Shown: positions 17,554 to 27,112 of the stretch, one piece after another
Layout of the letters: each line of letters opens with the position of its first letter
How positions within the stretch are numbered: position 1 is the stretch's first letter
Assembly (NCBI GenBank): GCA_031960885.1
Contig: JAVRLY010000003.1
Span: 1 to 41,020 of the forward strand
Direction: 5' to 3'
Origin: Desulfurella sp.
Lineage (GTDB): Bacteria > Campylobacterota_A > Desulfurellia > Desulfurellales > Desulfurellaceae
DNA length: 41,020 nucleotides
The notes under the pieces: generated by a model
Seen by the model: the letters and a program-made list of their open reading frames with translations, nothing else
Database searches by the model: none
Told to the model about the DNA's origin: nothing
Program-made: the position numbers and the translations under genes

Positions 17554-18954
17554 CTATCCTTTTTGAATTGTAACAAATAACGTAGACTCACCACGTTTTA
17601 GCAACATACTAATAACGTTTTTACTTGATGCTTGCTTTAGAATATTTTTAAAATCTTCAAGCGAATATACATTTTTATTATCAAGTTTTATAATTACATC
17701 GCCTGACTTAATGCCTGCTAAAGCTGCAAAAGAATTTGGGTCAACAGAAGTTATAACGACACCTTTATGTTCTTTTAAATTGTATATTTTAACTAAATTG
17801 GGATTAATTGAAGCAATATTAAATCCATACTGCGTATTGAAACTACTGCTTGAAGTAGAAGGCTGTGTGGTTTCCAATTGCTCTTGATTTTCTTTTTGAG
17901 GACGCTGACCTAATATAACGGTTTTGTAAATTTCTTTACCATCTCTAATAATACCTAACTCAACTTTTGTTCCTGGTTTTGTAAATGCTATATCGTATGG
18001 TAAATCTGGTGCATAAATGCTTTTACCATTCATTGATACTATAACATCACCGGGCTCTATTCCAGCTTTTGCAGCAGGAGAATCTTTAAATACTTCATTT
18101 ACAACAGCGCCATTTAAACTTTTTAATTTCAATAAATCTGCTACTTCTGGCGTCAATAATTGTATACCCACACCTAGCCAACCTCTTTTTGGCACTTCGC
18201 CTTTCATTAAATAAGGCAATTCATCTTTAATAGTGTCAGATGGTATAGCAAAACCAATACCTTGTCCAGAAGCAATGATAGCTGTATTCATACCTATAAC
18301 CTTACCGTCCATATTTACAAGCGGACCACCAGAGTTGCCAGGATTAATTGCAGCATCAGTTTGTATAAAGTGATCAAATGGACCTTCACCAATAACCCTT
18401 CCTTTTGCGCTGATTATACCAGAAGTAACAGTACCGCTTAGTCCAAATGGGTTGCCTACGGCCAAAACCCACTGACCTATTTGCATTTTGTTAGAATCGC
18501 CCAATTCAAGAGTAGGCAATGGTCTTTTTGGATTAATCTTTAATAGAGCAATATCAACCTCTGGATCGTAACCTATGATTTTTGCTTTATAGATCTCATT
18601 TGTGTTAAGCGTAACATTAATGTCTGTGGCATTTTTAACCACATGATAGTTTGTCAAAATATACCCATTACTTGAAATAATAAAACCAGAACCTAAAAAG
18701 TGAGCTTTGTAATTTTGTGTATAGCCTTGAAAAAAATGCTTAAAAAAATCGCTAAAGGGGCTATTTGAAAACATTTCGCCAAAAGGATTTACAGTGCCTT
18801 TAACAACTTGAGTAGTACTGATGTTTACAACTGCTGGCAAAACCTTTTCTGCAATAGGTGTAAAAGCAGGTAATGAAACATTTTGAGCATAAGCATTAAC
18901 ACTTAAAAATAACAACAAAACAAATAACAATGACAACTTTTTGAAATACCTCAT
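17554..18954 (-). CDS. degP: Periplasmic HtrA serine protease (DegP/DegQ), two PDZ domains
   Basis: Signal peptide; TNYHVV, DIALL, QTDAAINPGNSGG catalytic triad motifs. Confidence 0.93.
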   Translation of the reverse strand: MRYFKKLSLLFVLLLFLSVNAYAQNVSLPAFTPIAEKVLPAVVNISTTQVVKGTVNPFGEMFSNSPFSDFFKHFFQGYTQNYKAHFLGSGFIISSNGYILTNYHVVKNATDINVTLNTNEIYKAKIIGYDPEVDIALLKINPKRPLPTLELGDSNKMQIGQWVLAVGNPFGLSGTVTSGIISAKGRVIGEGPFDHFIQTDAAINPGNSGGPLVNMDGKVIGMNTAIIASGQGIGFAIPSDTIKDELPYLMKGEVPKRGWLGVGIQLLTPEVADLLKLKSLNGAVVNEVFKDSPAAKAGIEPGDVIVSMNGKSIYAPDLPYDIAFTKPGTKVELGIIRDGKEIYKTVILGQRPQKENQEQLETTQPSTSSSSFNTQYGFNIASINPNLVKIYNLKEHKGVVITSVDPNSFAALAGIKSGDVIIKLDNKNVYSLEDFKNILKQASSKNVISMLLKRGESTLFVTIQKG

Positions 18955-18985
18955 TCTAAAACCTCCTCTATAATTTTTATATTCA

Positions 18986-19960
18986 TTAACTATTATTTTT
19001 CACCCACTCTTTTGCAAAATACGTTATTATGATATCGCAGCCGGCCCTTTTGATTGAAGTCAGTACTTCATCTATTACTTTTTTCTCATCTATCCAACCA
19101 AGTTTAGCAGCCGCTTTAATCATAGAATACTCTCCGCTTACGCTGTAGCCAGCAAGTGGCATGAAGGCAAAACGCTCTTTTGCCATTTTTATGATATCTA
19201 GGTAGCTTAATGCTGGCTTTACCATAATGATATCTGCGCCTTCGTTAATATCAAGCTCAATTTCCTTTAACGCTTCAAATGCATTTGAATAATCCATTTG
19301 GTAGGATTTTCTATCGCCAAATGCTGGCGCAGATTCTGCAGCTTCTCTAAATGGACCATAAAATGAAGAAGCGTACTTTGCCGAATAAGCCATGATTATT
19401 GTATCTTTAAAGTTGTTTTCATCTAACGCATCCCTAATGGCTTTAACCATGCCGTCTATCATGCCAGAAGGGGCAATGATATCTGCTCCCGCTTTTGCAT
19501 ATACGTAAGCTTCTTTCTTTAAAAGCTCCAGCGTCTCATCATTCAACAAATAACCATTGTTATCTACCACACCGCAATGGCCGTGACTTGTATACTCGCA
19601 AAAACAAGCATCTGCTGCCAATATAAGCTCTGGTATAAAATCTTTGATTTCCTTTATTGCATTAACTATAACGCCATTTTCATCGTACGCGCAGCTTCCA
19701 AGGGCGTCTTTTTTTTGGGGTATCCCAAATAAAATTACACCTTTTATGCCAAGATCAAAAGCTTCTTTAGCTTCTTTTTTTGCTTCGCTTATTGGCAGCT
19801 GATAGATGCCTGGCATGGATGAAATGGGTTTTTTCTCTTTTTCGTATGTAACAAATATAGGGTAGATAAAATCATTAACGCTTAGCTGTGTTTCTTTTAC
19901 CATATCGCGAATGTACTGGTTTTTTCTCAACCTTCTTGGGCGAGTTTTAGGGAAATTCAT
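18986..19960 (-). CDS. hemB: Porphobilinogen synthase (Zn type)
   Basis: [30 protein letters not shown]. Confidence 0.97.
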   Translation of the reverse strand: MNFPKTRPRRLRKNQYIRDMVKETQLSVNDFIYPIFVTYEKEKKPISSMPGIYQLPISEAKKEAKEAFDLGIKGVILFGIPQKKDALGSCAYDENGVIVNAIKEIKDFIPELILAADACFCEYTSHGHCGVVDNNGYLLNDETLELLKKEAYVYAKAGADIIAPSGMIDGMVKAIRDALDENNFKDTIIMAYSAKYASSFYGPFREAAESAPAFGDRKSYQMDYSNAFEALKEIELDINEGADIIMVKPALSYLDIIKMAKERFAFMPLAGYSVSGEYSMIKAAAKLGWIDEKKVIDEVLTSIKRAGCDIIITYFAKEWVKNNS

Positions 19961-20529
19961 AAGACCTCCAATTCATCTCTAAATTTATATCTAAAACTGC
20001 CATTTGTCAAATCCTGTAATGCATTAAAATTGTCATAATCGCCTGCAAAGTAATTATTTAAAGCAAAACCTTTTAAATTCAAACCAACACTTTTGCAATA
20101 GTGTAAATTTAATAGCGTATCATTGATGCACCCAAGCTTATTTGGAACAACTATAATTAACTCCGCCTCAAGCCTTTTAACAATATCAGCAAATGTATGC
20201 GTCCTATCCAATGGCACAAGTAAACCTCCAGATCCTTCAATTATATTAACACTGGCCTTACTTTTATTTATCTTATCTATTACAAAATCAATAGGAAATT
20301 TTTCATACAGATAGTATGGCGCTACAGGTGGTTTTCCATAAAGCAATGTTTGAACTCCTACATTTGAAGCATCAAATACTATCTTTGCATCATCATCTTG
20401 GGGGTAGCCTGTCTGTATAATTTTTGTATACATTACATCTTTATTCATATTTGCGTAATATTTAGCTAGTAATGCACAAAATTTAGTTTTGCCCACATCA
20501 GTATTTGTACCACTAACAAATATTTTCAT
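19957..20529 (-). CDS. bioD: Dethiobiotin synthetase
   Basis: [27 protein letters not shown]. Confidence 0.93.
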   Translation of the reverse strand: MKIFVSGTNTDVGKTKFCALLAKYYANMNKDVMYTKIIQTGYPQDDDAKIVFDASNVGVQTLLYGKPPVAPYYLYEKFPIDFVIDKINKSKASVNIIEGSGGLLVPLDRTHTFADIVKRLEAELIIVVPNKLGCINDTLLNLHYCKSVGLNLKGFALNNYFAGDYDNFNALQDLTNGSFRYKFRDELEVL

Positions 20530-21847
20530 CTATCACCTCTTTTGTAGCTAAATATCCACTAAAGATAAGCTTTTCAATTTCTGAATCACTAATTATATAT
20601 GGTGGCAAAAAGTACAAAATATCGCCCAAATTTCTAAGCAAAACACCTTTTTCCAGCGCTTTTCTATAAATTTTAAAACCAAATCTTATTGATGGGTCAA
20701 AAGGTTCTTTTGTATCTTTGTTTTTTACAAACTCAACTGCACTTATAAAACCTGTATGCCTTATCTCACCCACAAAATCCATATCTTTAAAATAATATTC
20801 TATTATTTGCCTCATAAGTGCATATTTTTTTTTATTGCTCTCCAACACATTTTCTTCCTTAAATATGTTTAGCGTTTCACACGCAGCAGCGCAAGCCAAA
20901 GCATTGCCATCAAAACTATGCGAATGCAAAAAACTTTTCCCATCTTTCCAATCGCAATAAAATGCATAATAAATATCATTTGTTGTAAGTGTTACAGATA
21001 ATGGTAAGTAGCCGCTTGTTATGCCTTTAGATAAACACAAAAAATCAGGTTCAATGTTTGCTTGTTCAAGTGCAAACATAGTACCTGTTCTGCCAAAGCC
21101 TGTAGCTATTTCATCTAATATTAAATGTATATTAAGTTTTCGCGTTAACTCCCTTAATCTTGATAGATACAAAGCTGGATACATTTTAAAGCCACCTGCA
21201 AATTGAACAAGCGGCTCTACTATAACAGCAGCTATGTCTTCAGCATTTTCTTCAAGCGTTTTTTGCATAAAATTAAAACATTCCACATTGCAGTTTTGCC
21301 TTGTTTTGCCAAAAGGGCAGCGAAAGCAATTCGGGAAACTTACCATAATATTTTTTATTAATATATCTTCATAGGCTTTTTTATACAAAGGCTCGCCCAT
21401 AACAGATAAAGCGCCTAAAGTTTCTCCATGATAGCCATTTTCTAAATACACAAACTTGCGTTTATTTTGAAGTCCTATATTTTTGAAATAGTGGTGGCTC
21501 ATCTTTAAAGCAATTTCAACAGCAGACGAACCAATTTCTGCAAAAAATATTTTCTTAAGATTTTGCGGAACAATCTGCAATAATTTATCGCTTAGCTCTA
21601 ATGCTTTATCATGTGTAAAACCTGCAAAAATGACTTGTTCTAAAATTTCTAATTGACTTTTTATTGCGTTATTGATGCGCTCATTTGAATGACCAAATAG
21701 ATTTACCCACCATGAAGAAATGCCATCAATATAGGAATTTCCTCTATCATCATACAAGTATACCCCTTTTGCATTCTTTATGCGGATTATCGGGTTTTTT
21801 TCATAGTCTTTCATTTGAGAACAAGGGTGCCAAATGTGATACTCCAT
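20513..21847 (-). CDS. bioA: Adenosylmethionine-8-amino-7-oxononanoate aminotransferase
   Basis: IWHPCSQM, SSWWV, YHGET, DEIATGFGRTG, LSKGITSGYLP; GGAGG SD. Confidence 0.96.
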   Translation of the reverse strand: MEYHIWHPCSQMKDYEKNPIIRIKNAKGVYLYDDRGNSYIDGISSWWVNLFGHSNERINNAIKSQLEILEQVIFAGFTHDKALELSDKLLQIVPQNLKKIFFAEIGSSAVEIALKMSHHYFKNIGLQNKRKFVYLENGYHGETLGALSVMGEPLYKKAYEDILIKNIMVSFPNCFRCPFGKTRQNCNVECFNFMQKTLEENAEDIAAVIVEPLVQFAGGFKMYPALYLSRLRELTRKLNIHLILDEIATGFGRTGTMFALEQANIEPDFLCLSKGITSGYLPLSVTLTTNDIYYAFYCDWKDGKSFLHSHSFDGNALACAAACETLNIFKEENVLESNKKKYALMRQIIEYYFKDMDFVGEIRHTGFISAVEFVKNKDTKEPFDPSIRFGFKIYRKALEKGVLLRNLGDILYFLPPYIISDSEIEKLIFSGYLATKEVIDENIC

Positions 21848-21899
21848 AAAACCTCCTTAAAAAACTTGACATTGCTCTAATATTAGTGTAAAAAGATTT

Positions 21900-21933
21900 A
21901 TTGTCAATATGTTAATTTATGTACATTAACAAT
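21900..21933. promoter_or_regulatory. BirA-type biotin operator overlapping the -35 of the bioA promoter
   Basis: ATTGTCAAT-N16-ATTAACAAT inverted repeat (1 mismatch) between divergent bioA and bioF; matches BirA consensus TGTnAAC-N15/16-GTTnACA geometry. Minus-strand TTGACA(21907-21902)-16 bp-TAATAT(21885-21880). Confidence 0.7.
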
Positions 21934-21938
21934 TTAAA

Positions 21939-23093
21939 ATGAGTATTTTGGATTTGCTCAAAGAAAGTTTAGAACACATAAAAAACAATCAACAATACCG
22001 CACCATACAACCAATAAGCAACCACGCAAAAAAATTTATAGAACTAAATGGTATAAAGTGTTTAAATTTGTCATCAAATAACTACTTAGGCCTTGCGGAT
22101 AACGATGAAATCAAAAAAGGCTCAATTGAAGCTATTAAACAATATGGTTGCTCTTCTGGCGCTTCTAGGGTTGTTAGCGGTAATTTTGAAATATACGATA
22201 AACTAGAACAAACAATGGCTAGATTTAAACATACACAAAAGGTTCTAGTTTTAAATAGTGGCTATGTTGCAAACTTGACACTAATTCAAAGCTTAGCCAA
22301 AAATGCCACAATTTTTTGTGACAAGCTAAACCATGCAAGTATTATTGATGGCATGATATTATCCAAAGCAAAATTTTACAGGTACGCACACTGCGATATG
22401 GAAATGCTAGAAAAACTCCTTAAAAAAGAAACAGCAAATAAGATAATTGTTACAGATACCATATTTAGTATGGACGGCGATGGCGCACCCTTAAAAGAGA
22501 TTGTAAGATTAGCTAAACTATACGATGCATTTGTAATGGTTGATGAGGCACATGCAAGTGGTATATTTGGAGAGGGCAGGGGATACGCTTTTTGCGAACA
22601 TGTTGAAAACGATATTCACTGCCATATGGGTACATTTTCTAAAGCTTTTGGAAGCTTTGGTGCTTATATTGCATCTAGCGAACTTGTAATTGACTACCTT
22701 ATAAATAATGCGAGGGGCTTTATATTTTCAACTGCCTTACCCCCATCCGTTATTGGCGCAAACCTTTCAAGCTTAAACTATATCATGCAAAACCCATTAG
22801 TTGGCAAAAAACTGCTTTCAATGGCTGATGAATTAAGGTTTTTTTTAAAAAGTTTGGGCTTTGATGTTGGAAACTCAATCTCACAAATTATACCCGTAAT
22901 TTTAAAAACCAATGAGCTAACTCTAAAAGCTCAAAAAATACTTTTAGAAAAGGGTATATTCGTGGGCGCAATAAGGCCGCCAACTGTGCCATATAATACA
23001 TCAAGACTTAGGATATCGCTTAGGGCTGACATTGATAAAAACGAGCTTGAGTTTATAAAAGACGCTTTTAGATATTTGGGTAATGTAATATGA
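21939..23093 (+). CDS. bioF: 8-amino-7-oxononanoate synthase
   Basis: SSNNYLGL, SGASR, NHAS, FSMDGD, VDEAHA, GTFSKAFG, IRPPTVP. Confidence 0.96.
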   Translation: MSILDLLKESLEHIKNNQQYRTIQPISNHAKKFIELNGIKCLNLSSNNYLGLADNDEIKKGSIEAIKQYGCSSGASRVVSGNFEIYDKLEQTMARFKHTQKVLVLNSGYVANLTLIQSLAKNATIFCDKLNHASIIDGMILSKAKFYRYAHCDMEMLEKLLKKETANKIIVTDTIFSMDGDGAPLKEIVRLAKLYDAFVMVDEAHASGIFGEGRGYAFCEHVENDIHCHMGTFSKAFGSFGAYIASSELVIDYLINNARGFIFSTALPPSVIGANLSSLNYIMQNPLVGKKLLSMADELRFFLKSLGFDVGNSISQIIPVILKTNELTLKAQKILLEKGIFVGAIRPPTVPYNTSRLRISLRADIDKNELEFIKDAFRYLGNVI

Positions 23094-23653
23094 CATTTAT
23101 ATCTGGCTGGGGTGGGTTTCGAGAAATTTTTGATTATTTACCAAATGTGTGTGATTTTTTTGTGCCATTTGTTGATTTTTTTCCAAACCAAACGCCAGAT
23201 ATTATTAGTATGGAAAGCGATATACTAATTGGTTGGTCTTTGGGGGCGCATTTAATACTAAAGTATTCAAAGCATGTAATAGCAAAAAAAGTTTTATTCA
23301 TAACGCCTTTTTTGTATTTTTGTGATTATGTGAATAAAAGGGTTATTGATAGAATGATTTTAGCGTTTGAAAAGGATAAGATGAAGGTAATCAATGAATT
23401 TTTATCAAATATTGGGGCAAAAGCGTACAATAAAGATATACCCGATAGCCTAAAAGACGGTTTAGAGTTTTTAAAAATTTCAAAAGTAGGGTCATTTGAA
23501 AAAAAAGATAATTATTTCTGCTTATGTGCGCAAAAAGACTTCTTAAAATTAAACAATGCGTGTTTTGATATTTGCAAAAATACAATGATGGTAGATTCAA
23601 ATCACTTTATTAGCGAGGATAAAATTGAGCTTGCTATCAAAAAAATACATTAA
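23090..23653 (+). CDS. Short alpha/beta-hydrolase, putative pimeloyl-ACP methyl ester esterase (BioH/BioG/BioV functional slot)
   Basis: FISGWG oxyanion region, GWSLG nucleophile elbow, candidate Asp (QKD) and His (SNHF); lies between bioF and bioC. Confidence 0.8.
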   Translation: MTFISGWGGFREIFDYLPNVCDFFVPFVDFFPNQTPDIISMESDILIGWSLGAHLILKYSKHVIAKKVLFITPFLYFCDYVNKRVIDRMILAFEKDKMKVINEFLSNIGAKAYNKDIPDSLKDGLEFLKISKVGSFEKKDNYFCLCAQKDFLKLNNACFDICKNTMMVDSNHFISEDKIELAIKKIH

Positions 23654-24353
23654 ACGCTCTTTTGATAACGCTTCTTCTACATACCCAAATTTTAGCGAGC
23701 TTCAATATGAAATTGCCCACACGCTAGCAAAAACTATTAATGGGGATTTTTATGAAAATGTTCTTGAAATAGGCGTTGGCGATGGTAAGCTCTCTAATTT
23801 GGTAAATTTTGGTTATTTAAATTACATAGGCATTGATTTGTCTTTACAAATGGCGCGAACTTTTAAACATAACCACACAACAAAACACTGTATAGTTGCA
23901 GATGCAGAAAATATACCGTTTAGAGAAAATACATTTGATTTGATTATAAGTTCATCATGTTTTCAGTGGTTTATTGACCCTCAAGTCTCAATAAATAAAC
24001 TCAAAAATTTATTAAAGATTAAGAAAAACTTCTTTTTTAGCGTTTTTTTAAAAGGTACATTTTATCAAATGCAAGAAGTCTCAAAGATTACAGGTTTTGG
24101 AAGCGTTTTGGATTTAAAAGATAAAGATTTTTATGAAAATCTGGGTTTTAATTGTTCGAGAAAACAATATACCATATATTACAAAAGCGTAAAAGACTTC
24201 CTTTACGCGCATAAGAAAAGTGGCGCACGATACACTGCCCATACGCATCTGTGTGCTAAATCAAAATTTTTTGAGTTTTGTAATATTTATGAAAAACTAT
24301 TTGGCACCAAAAACGGCATAGAAACAACTTATATTGTAGCTTTTTGCAAATGA
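23625..24353 (+). CDS. bioC: Malonyl-ACP O-methyltransferase
   Basis: IKRSF...Y...LQ N-terminus; LEIGVGDG, DAE, FDLIISS..QW; bio context. Confidence 0.88.
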   Translation: MSLLSKKYIKRSFDNASSTYPNFSELQYEIAHTLAKTINGDFYENVLEIGVGDGKLSNLVNFGYLNYIGIDLSLQMARTFKHNHTTKHCIVADAENIPFRENTFDLIISSSCFQWFIDPQVSINKLKNLLKIKKNFFFSVFLKGTFYQMQEVSKITGFGSVLDLKDKDFYENLGFNCSRKQYTIYYKSVKDFLYAHKKSGARYTAHTHLCAKSKFFEFCNIYEKLFGTKNGIETTYIVAFCK

Positions 24354-24361
24354 GGCTATAG

Positions 24362-27112
24362 CTACCAATTTTTTGTTATAAAATGTCGAGCACATATGAT
24401 TTTATAAGGGCAATGCGCGCACATTTCTTTGATATTTTCCTGCGTATACTCAAAATAATCGCATGAGTAAATTTCTTCAATAATGATTTTTAACGCTTTT
24501 TCGTAAGCTTCTAATAACTCATTATTTACTTGATATGTCTTAATTTGCGAGTCTTTAAAACTCCAAAACTCAAAAATTAAATTGTCTGTATTGTATTTTT
24601 TGCTTACAAGTAAAGAGTATATAGGCATTTGAAATGACTCTATTTTTTTTAGCCAATCAGGCCTATTATCTGGCGTAGGCAAAAAGTCTGTGTCTATTTT
24701 TTTCAAATTACCCGTCTTATAATCAACAATGACAAATGTATTGTTGTTTAAACGGTCCAATCTATCCAACCTGCCTTTTAGTTTAACTTGTATGTCGCCA
24801 ATTGAGATTTGTGTTTGTATTGTATGTTCCAAATCTACTATTAATCTTTCCTCTATTGTATTGCGTCCAAAAAATCTTTTTATGGCATATTTAATTTGTT
24901 GTATTTGTAGCCATATGGTTTTTGAAGGTTTTGGGTTTTGTTTATCCATAATGTAGCATAGTGTTTCTAATTCAACTTCTATATTTTTTGGTTTGTAGAG
25001 CTTGTTTTTAAAGCTATCAAAATATTCTTTCAAAAGTTTATGCATCAGTTCTCCAACTTTTGTTGGAACTAATTCCTCACTATTATCAATTAATGGTCTT
25101 AGTCCTAAAATAGAAGAAAAATAAAATTTTGCCTTGCAATACAAAAAATCATCAATATTTGAAGGCGTAAAGTAAAAATTGTCATTGTTTAGAATATGTT
25201 TTACTTTTTGTGTATTTTCGATGTCAAAAGGCTTGCTTTGAGCAAATGTAACTTGAAAGATAGCATCTTCTTCTTTTGGTACATCTAAGCTTTTTTCTTG
25301 CCTTTGAATATCCCAAAAGATGCTCTCTAAAAATCTTGATTTACTTCTATCTTCAGATGTGCGATAAAAAAAATACACTTCGCAAGCGCTTTGTATGAGG
25401 TTAAAGAAATTGTATTTTTGCATATCAAGCCTATCTTTTGATGTCGAAAGTCCCAAAAATTTTCTTATATCATCTGTTAATATTGTATCTTGCTTATGAG
25501 AGGTTGGTATTATACCTTCATTTGCGCCCAAATAGAAAATACGTTTAAATGTGAGATTTCGCGTTTCAAGATTTCCCAATACTTGAAAGCCTTTCATGGG
25601 TTCAGATGGAAATGCAATATGTTTGGTTTGGATAAAGTTCTTTAGCAAATTAAAATAACTAACGATGTTATCAAGTTTGTAATCCTTGATGCTAAGGCTA
25701 GATAGCTCCAGTAGGTTTTGCAATACGCCTTCAATGTATTTTGATTCAATTGGATGTAGCTTAACACTTGAGCTTTCTTGCAAAAAACCAATAAAATCTA
25801 TTACTTTATTTAAAAAATCGCCAATATTTTTTATATCTAAAAAACTGGTTATGATATATTTATGAATAAGCTTTAAAAAATCATTTAGCTCACGATGCGA
25901 AACCTCAAAACCTGCTAATTTAAGTTTTTCTATAGTTTTTGTAGTTAGTTCATCACTTTCTAAATCGGCAAGCGACACGATTGAAATACTCGTATTTGAA
26001 AAATGCTCTTTTACAGTGTATGCAAATATTCTAACAATAAAATCTTTGTCGTTTAGACTTAAGCTTTTAATATATGGGTGCAACATCACGCTTAAGTAGT
26101 CTTTTAAGTAAATCTCGCCTTGTTTATTTTTATGGAGTGACAAAAGCGCTTCAAATAAAGATACAATCGGCGTTCTAGATAGAGGATATCCAATAGAAAT
26201 ATTAAACGTATCGGTTTTTGGATCCAAACACTGATGAATTATGGGAAAAAGATAAACCTCGCTTGAGAGCACAATTAAATCATCATCTCTAAAACCATTT
26301 ATTGAATTTTTTAATTCTTTTAACTTAAGTACCTCATTGTGTAAATATAAACCTTTGATAAAATGGTAAGAAACACTTTTTTTTGAATTTTCTGATTCTT
26401 CAATATCTTTCATTTGAAGTTTTTTTAATAAATCTTTGATTTTTGGACCTTTTTTTGATACAAAAAAACCATTTTGCACATTTAACATATTTGCAAATAA
26501 TGCTTGTTCTGTTCTTGTTAAATCATAAAAACCTGCAAAGATTATATTTTCTTTATACTCTTGTGAGGTTGATGCTATTTTGTACCTAACTGAGCGCGTT
26601 GTAAAGCCTTTTTCTTCTATCAGAGAATAAAATTCACTGTACATTTGAGAAAACTTTGATATTCTTTGTGGAAAGTTTAATAAGTCATTTGGCAGGTTAT
26701 TTTGGATTAGATAGTCAATTGTTTTTACATCTACTTGTTCTAAATATAACTCTTCAAAATCAGAAAAAAACTTATAACCCCACGACCAAAACTGGTCAAT
26801 GCTATTAATATCTATCATACGGATTTTTTTGTTTATATCAAAAAGCAAAAATACGCCTTCAAGTGAAGAAATTTTTGGATAAATAACATTGCTTGTATTT
26901 TTATAAATGTAGTCAACAAAATCATCAATGGAAAATAGCTCTATTGAGTCTAAAGCAGTGTGTTTTTTGTTAGCTAAAGATTTGGCCAAAAACAGCGTGG
27001 GCCTTCTATTTGGAAATATTACAGTTGTATTTTCCAAATTATGATTTACAATTAAATCGGATAAAAACTCTATTAAGTTTTGAGATTTGTCCAATATATA
27101 TGCTTTAGGCAA
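24362..27112 (-). CDS. addB: AddB-like subunit: inactive helicase-like N-terminus plus PD-(D/E)XK nuclease with 4-Cys Fe-S staple
   Basis: IFPNRR, LETR, FLYC...GELMH, GRLDRLD, VDYKTG, Q-x2-IY, CAHCPYKIIC; directly follows the addA-like gene. Confidence 0.8.
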   Translation of the reverse strand: MPKAYILDKSQNLIEFLSDLIVNHNLENTTVIFPNRRPTLFLAKSLANKKHTALDSIELFSIDDFVDYIYKNTSNVIYPKISSLEGVFLLFDINKKIRMIDINSIDQFWSWGYKFFSDFEELYLEQVDVKTIDYLIQNNLPNDLLNFPQRISKFSQMYSEFYSLIEEKGFTTRSVRYKIASTSQEYKENIIFAGFYDLTRTEQALFANMLNVQNGFFVSKKGPKIKDLLKKLQMKDIEESENSKKSVSYHFIKGLYLHNEVLKLKELKNSINGFRDDDLIVLSSEVYLFPIIHQCLDPKTDTFNISIGYPLSRTPIVSLFEALLSLHKNKQGEIYLKDYLSVMLHPYIKSLSLNDKDFIVRIFAYTVKEHFSNTSISIVSLADLESDELTTKTIEKLKLAGFEVSHRELNDFLKLIHKYIITSFLDIKNIGDFLNKVIDFIGFLQESSSVKLHPIESKYIEGVLQNLLELSSLSIKDYKLDNIVSYFNLLKNFIQTKHIAFPSEPMKGFQVLGNLETRNLTFKRIFYLGANEGIIPTSHKQDTILTDDIRKFLGLSTSKDRLDMQKYNFFNLIQSACEVYFFYRTSEDRSKSRFLESIFWDIQRQEKSLDVPKEEDAIFQVTFAQSKPFDIENTQKVKHILNNDNFYFTPSNIDDFLYCKAKFYFSSILGLRPLIDNSEELVPTKVGELMHKLLKEYFDSFKNKLYKPKNIEVELETLCYIMDKQNPKPSKTIWLQIQQIKYAIKRFFGRNTIEERLIVDLEHTIQTQISIGDIQVKLKGRLDRLDRLNNNTFVIVDYKTGNLKKIDTDFLPTPDNRPDWLKKIESFQMPIYSLLVSKKYNTDNLIFEFWSFKDSQIKTYQVNNELLEAYEKALKIIIEEIYSCDYFEYTQENIKEMCAHCPYKIICARHFITKNW

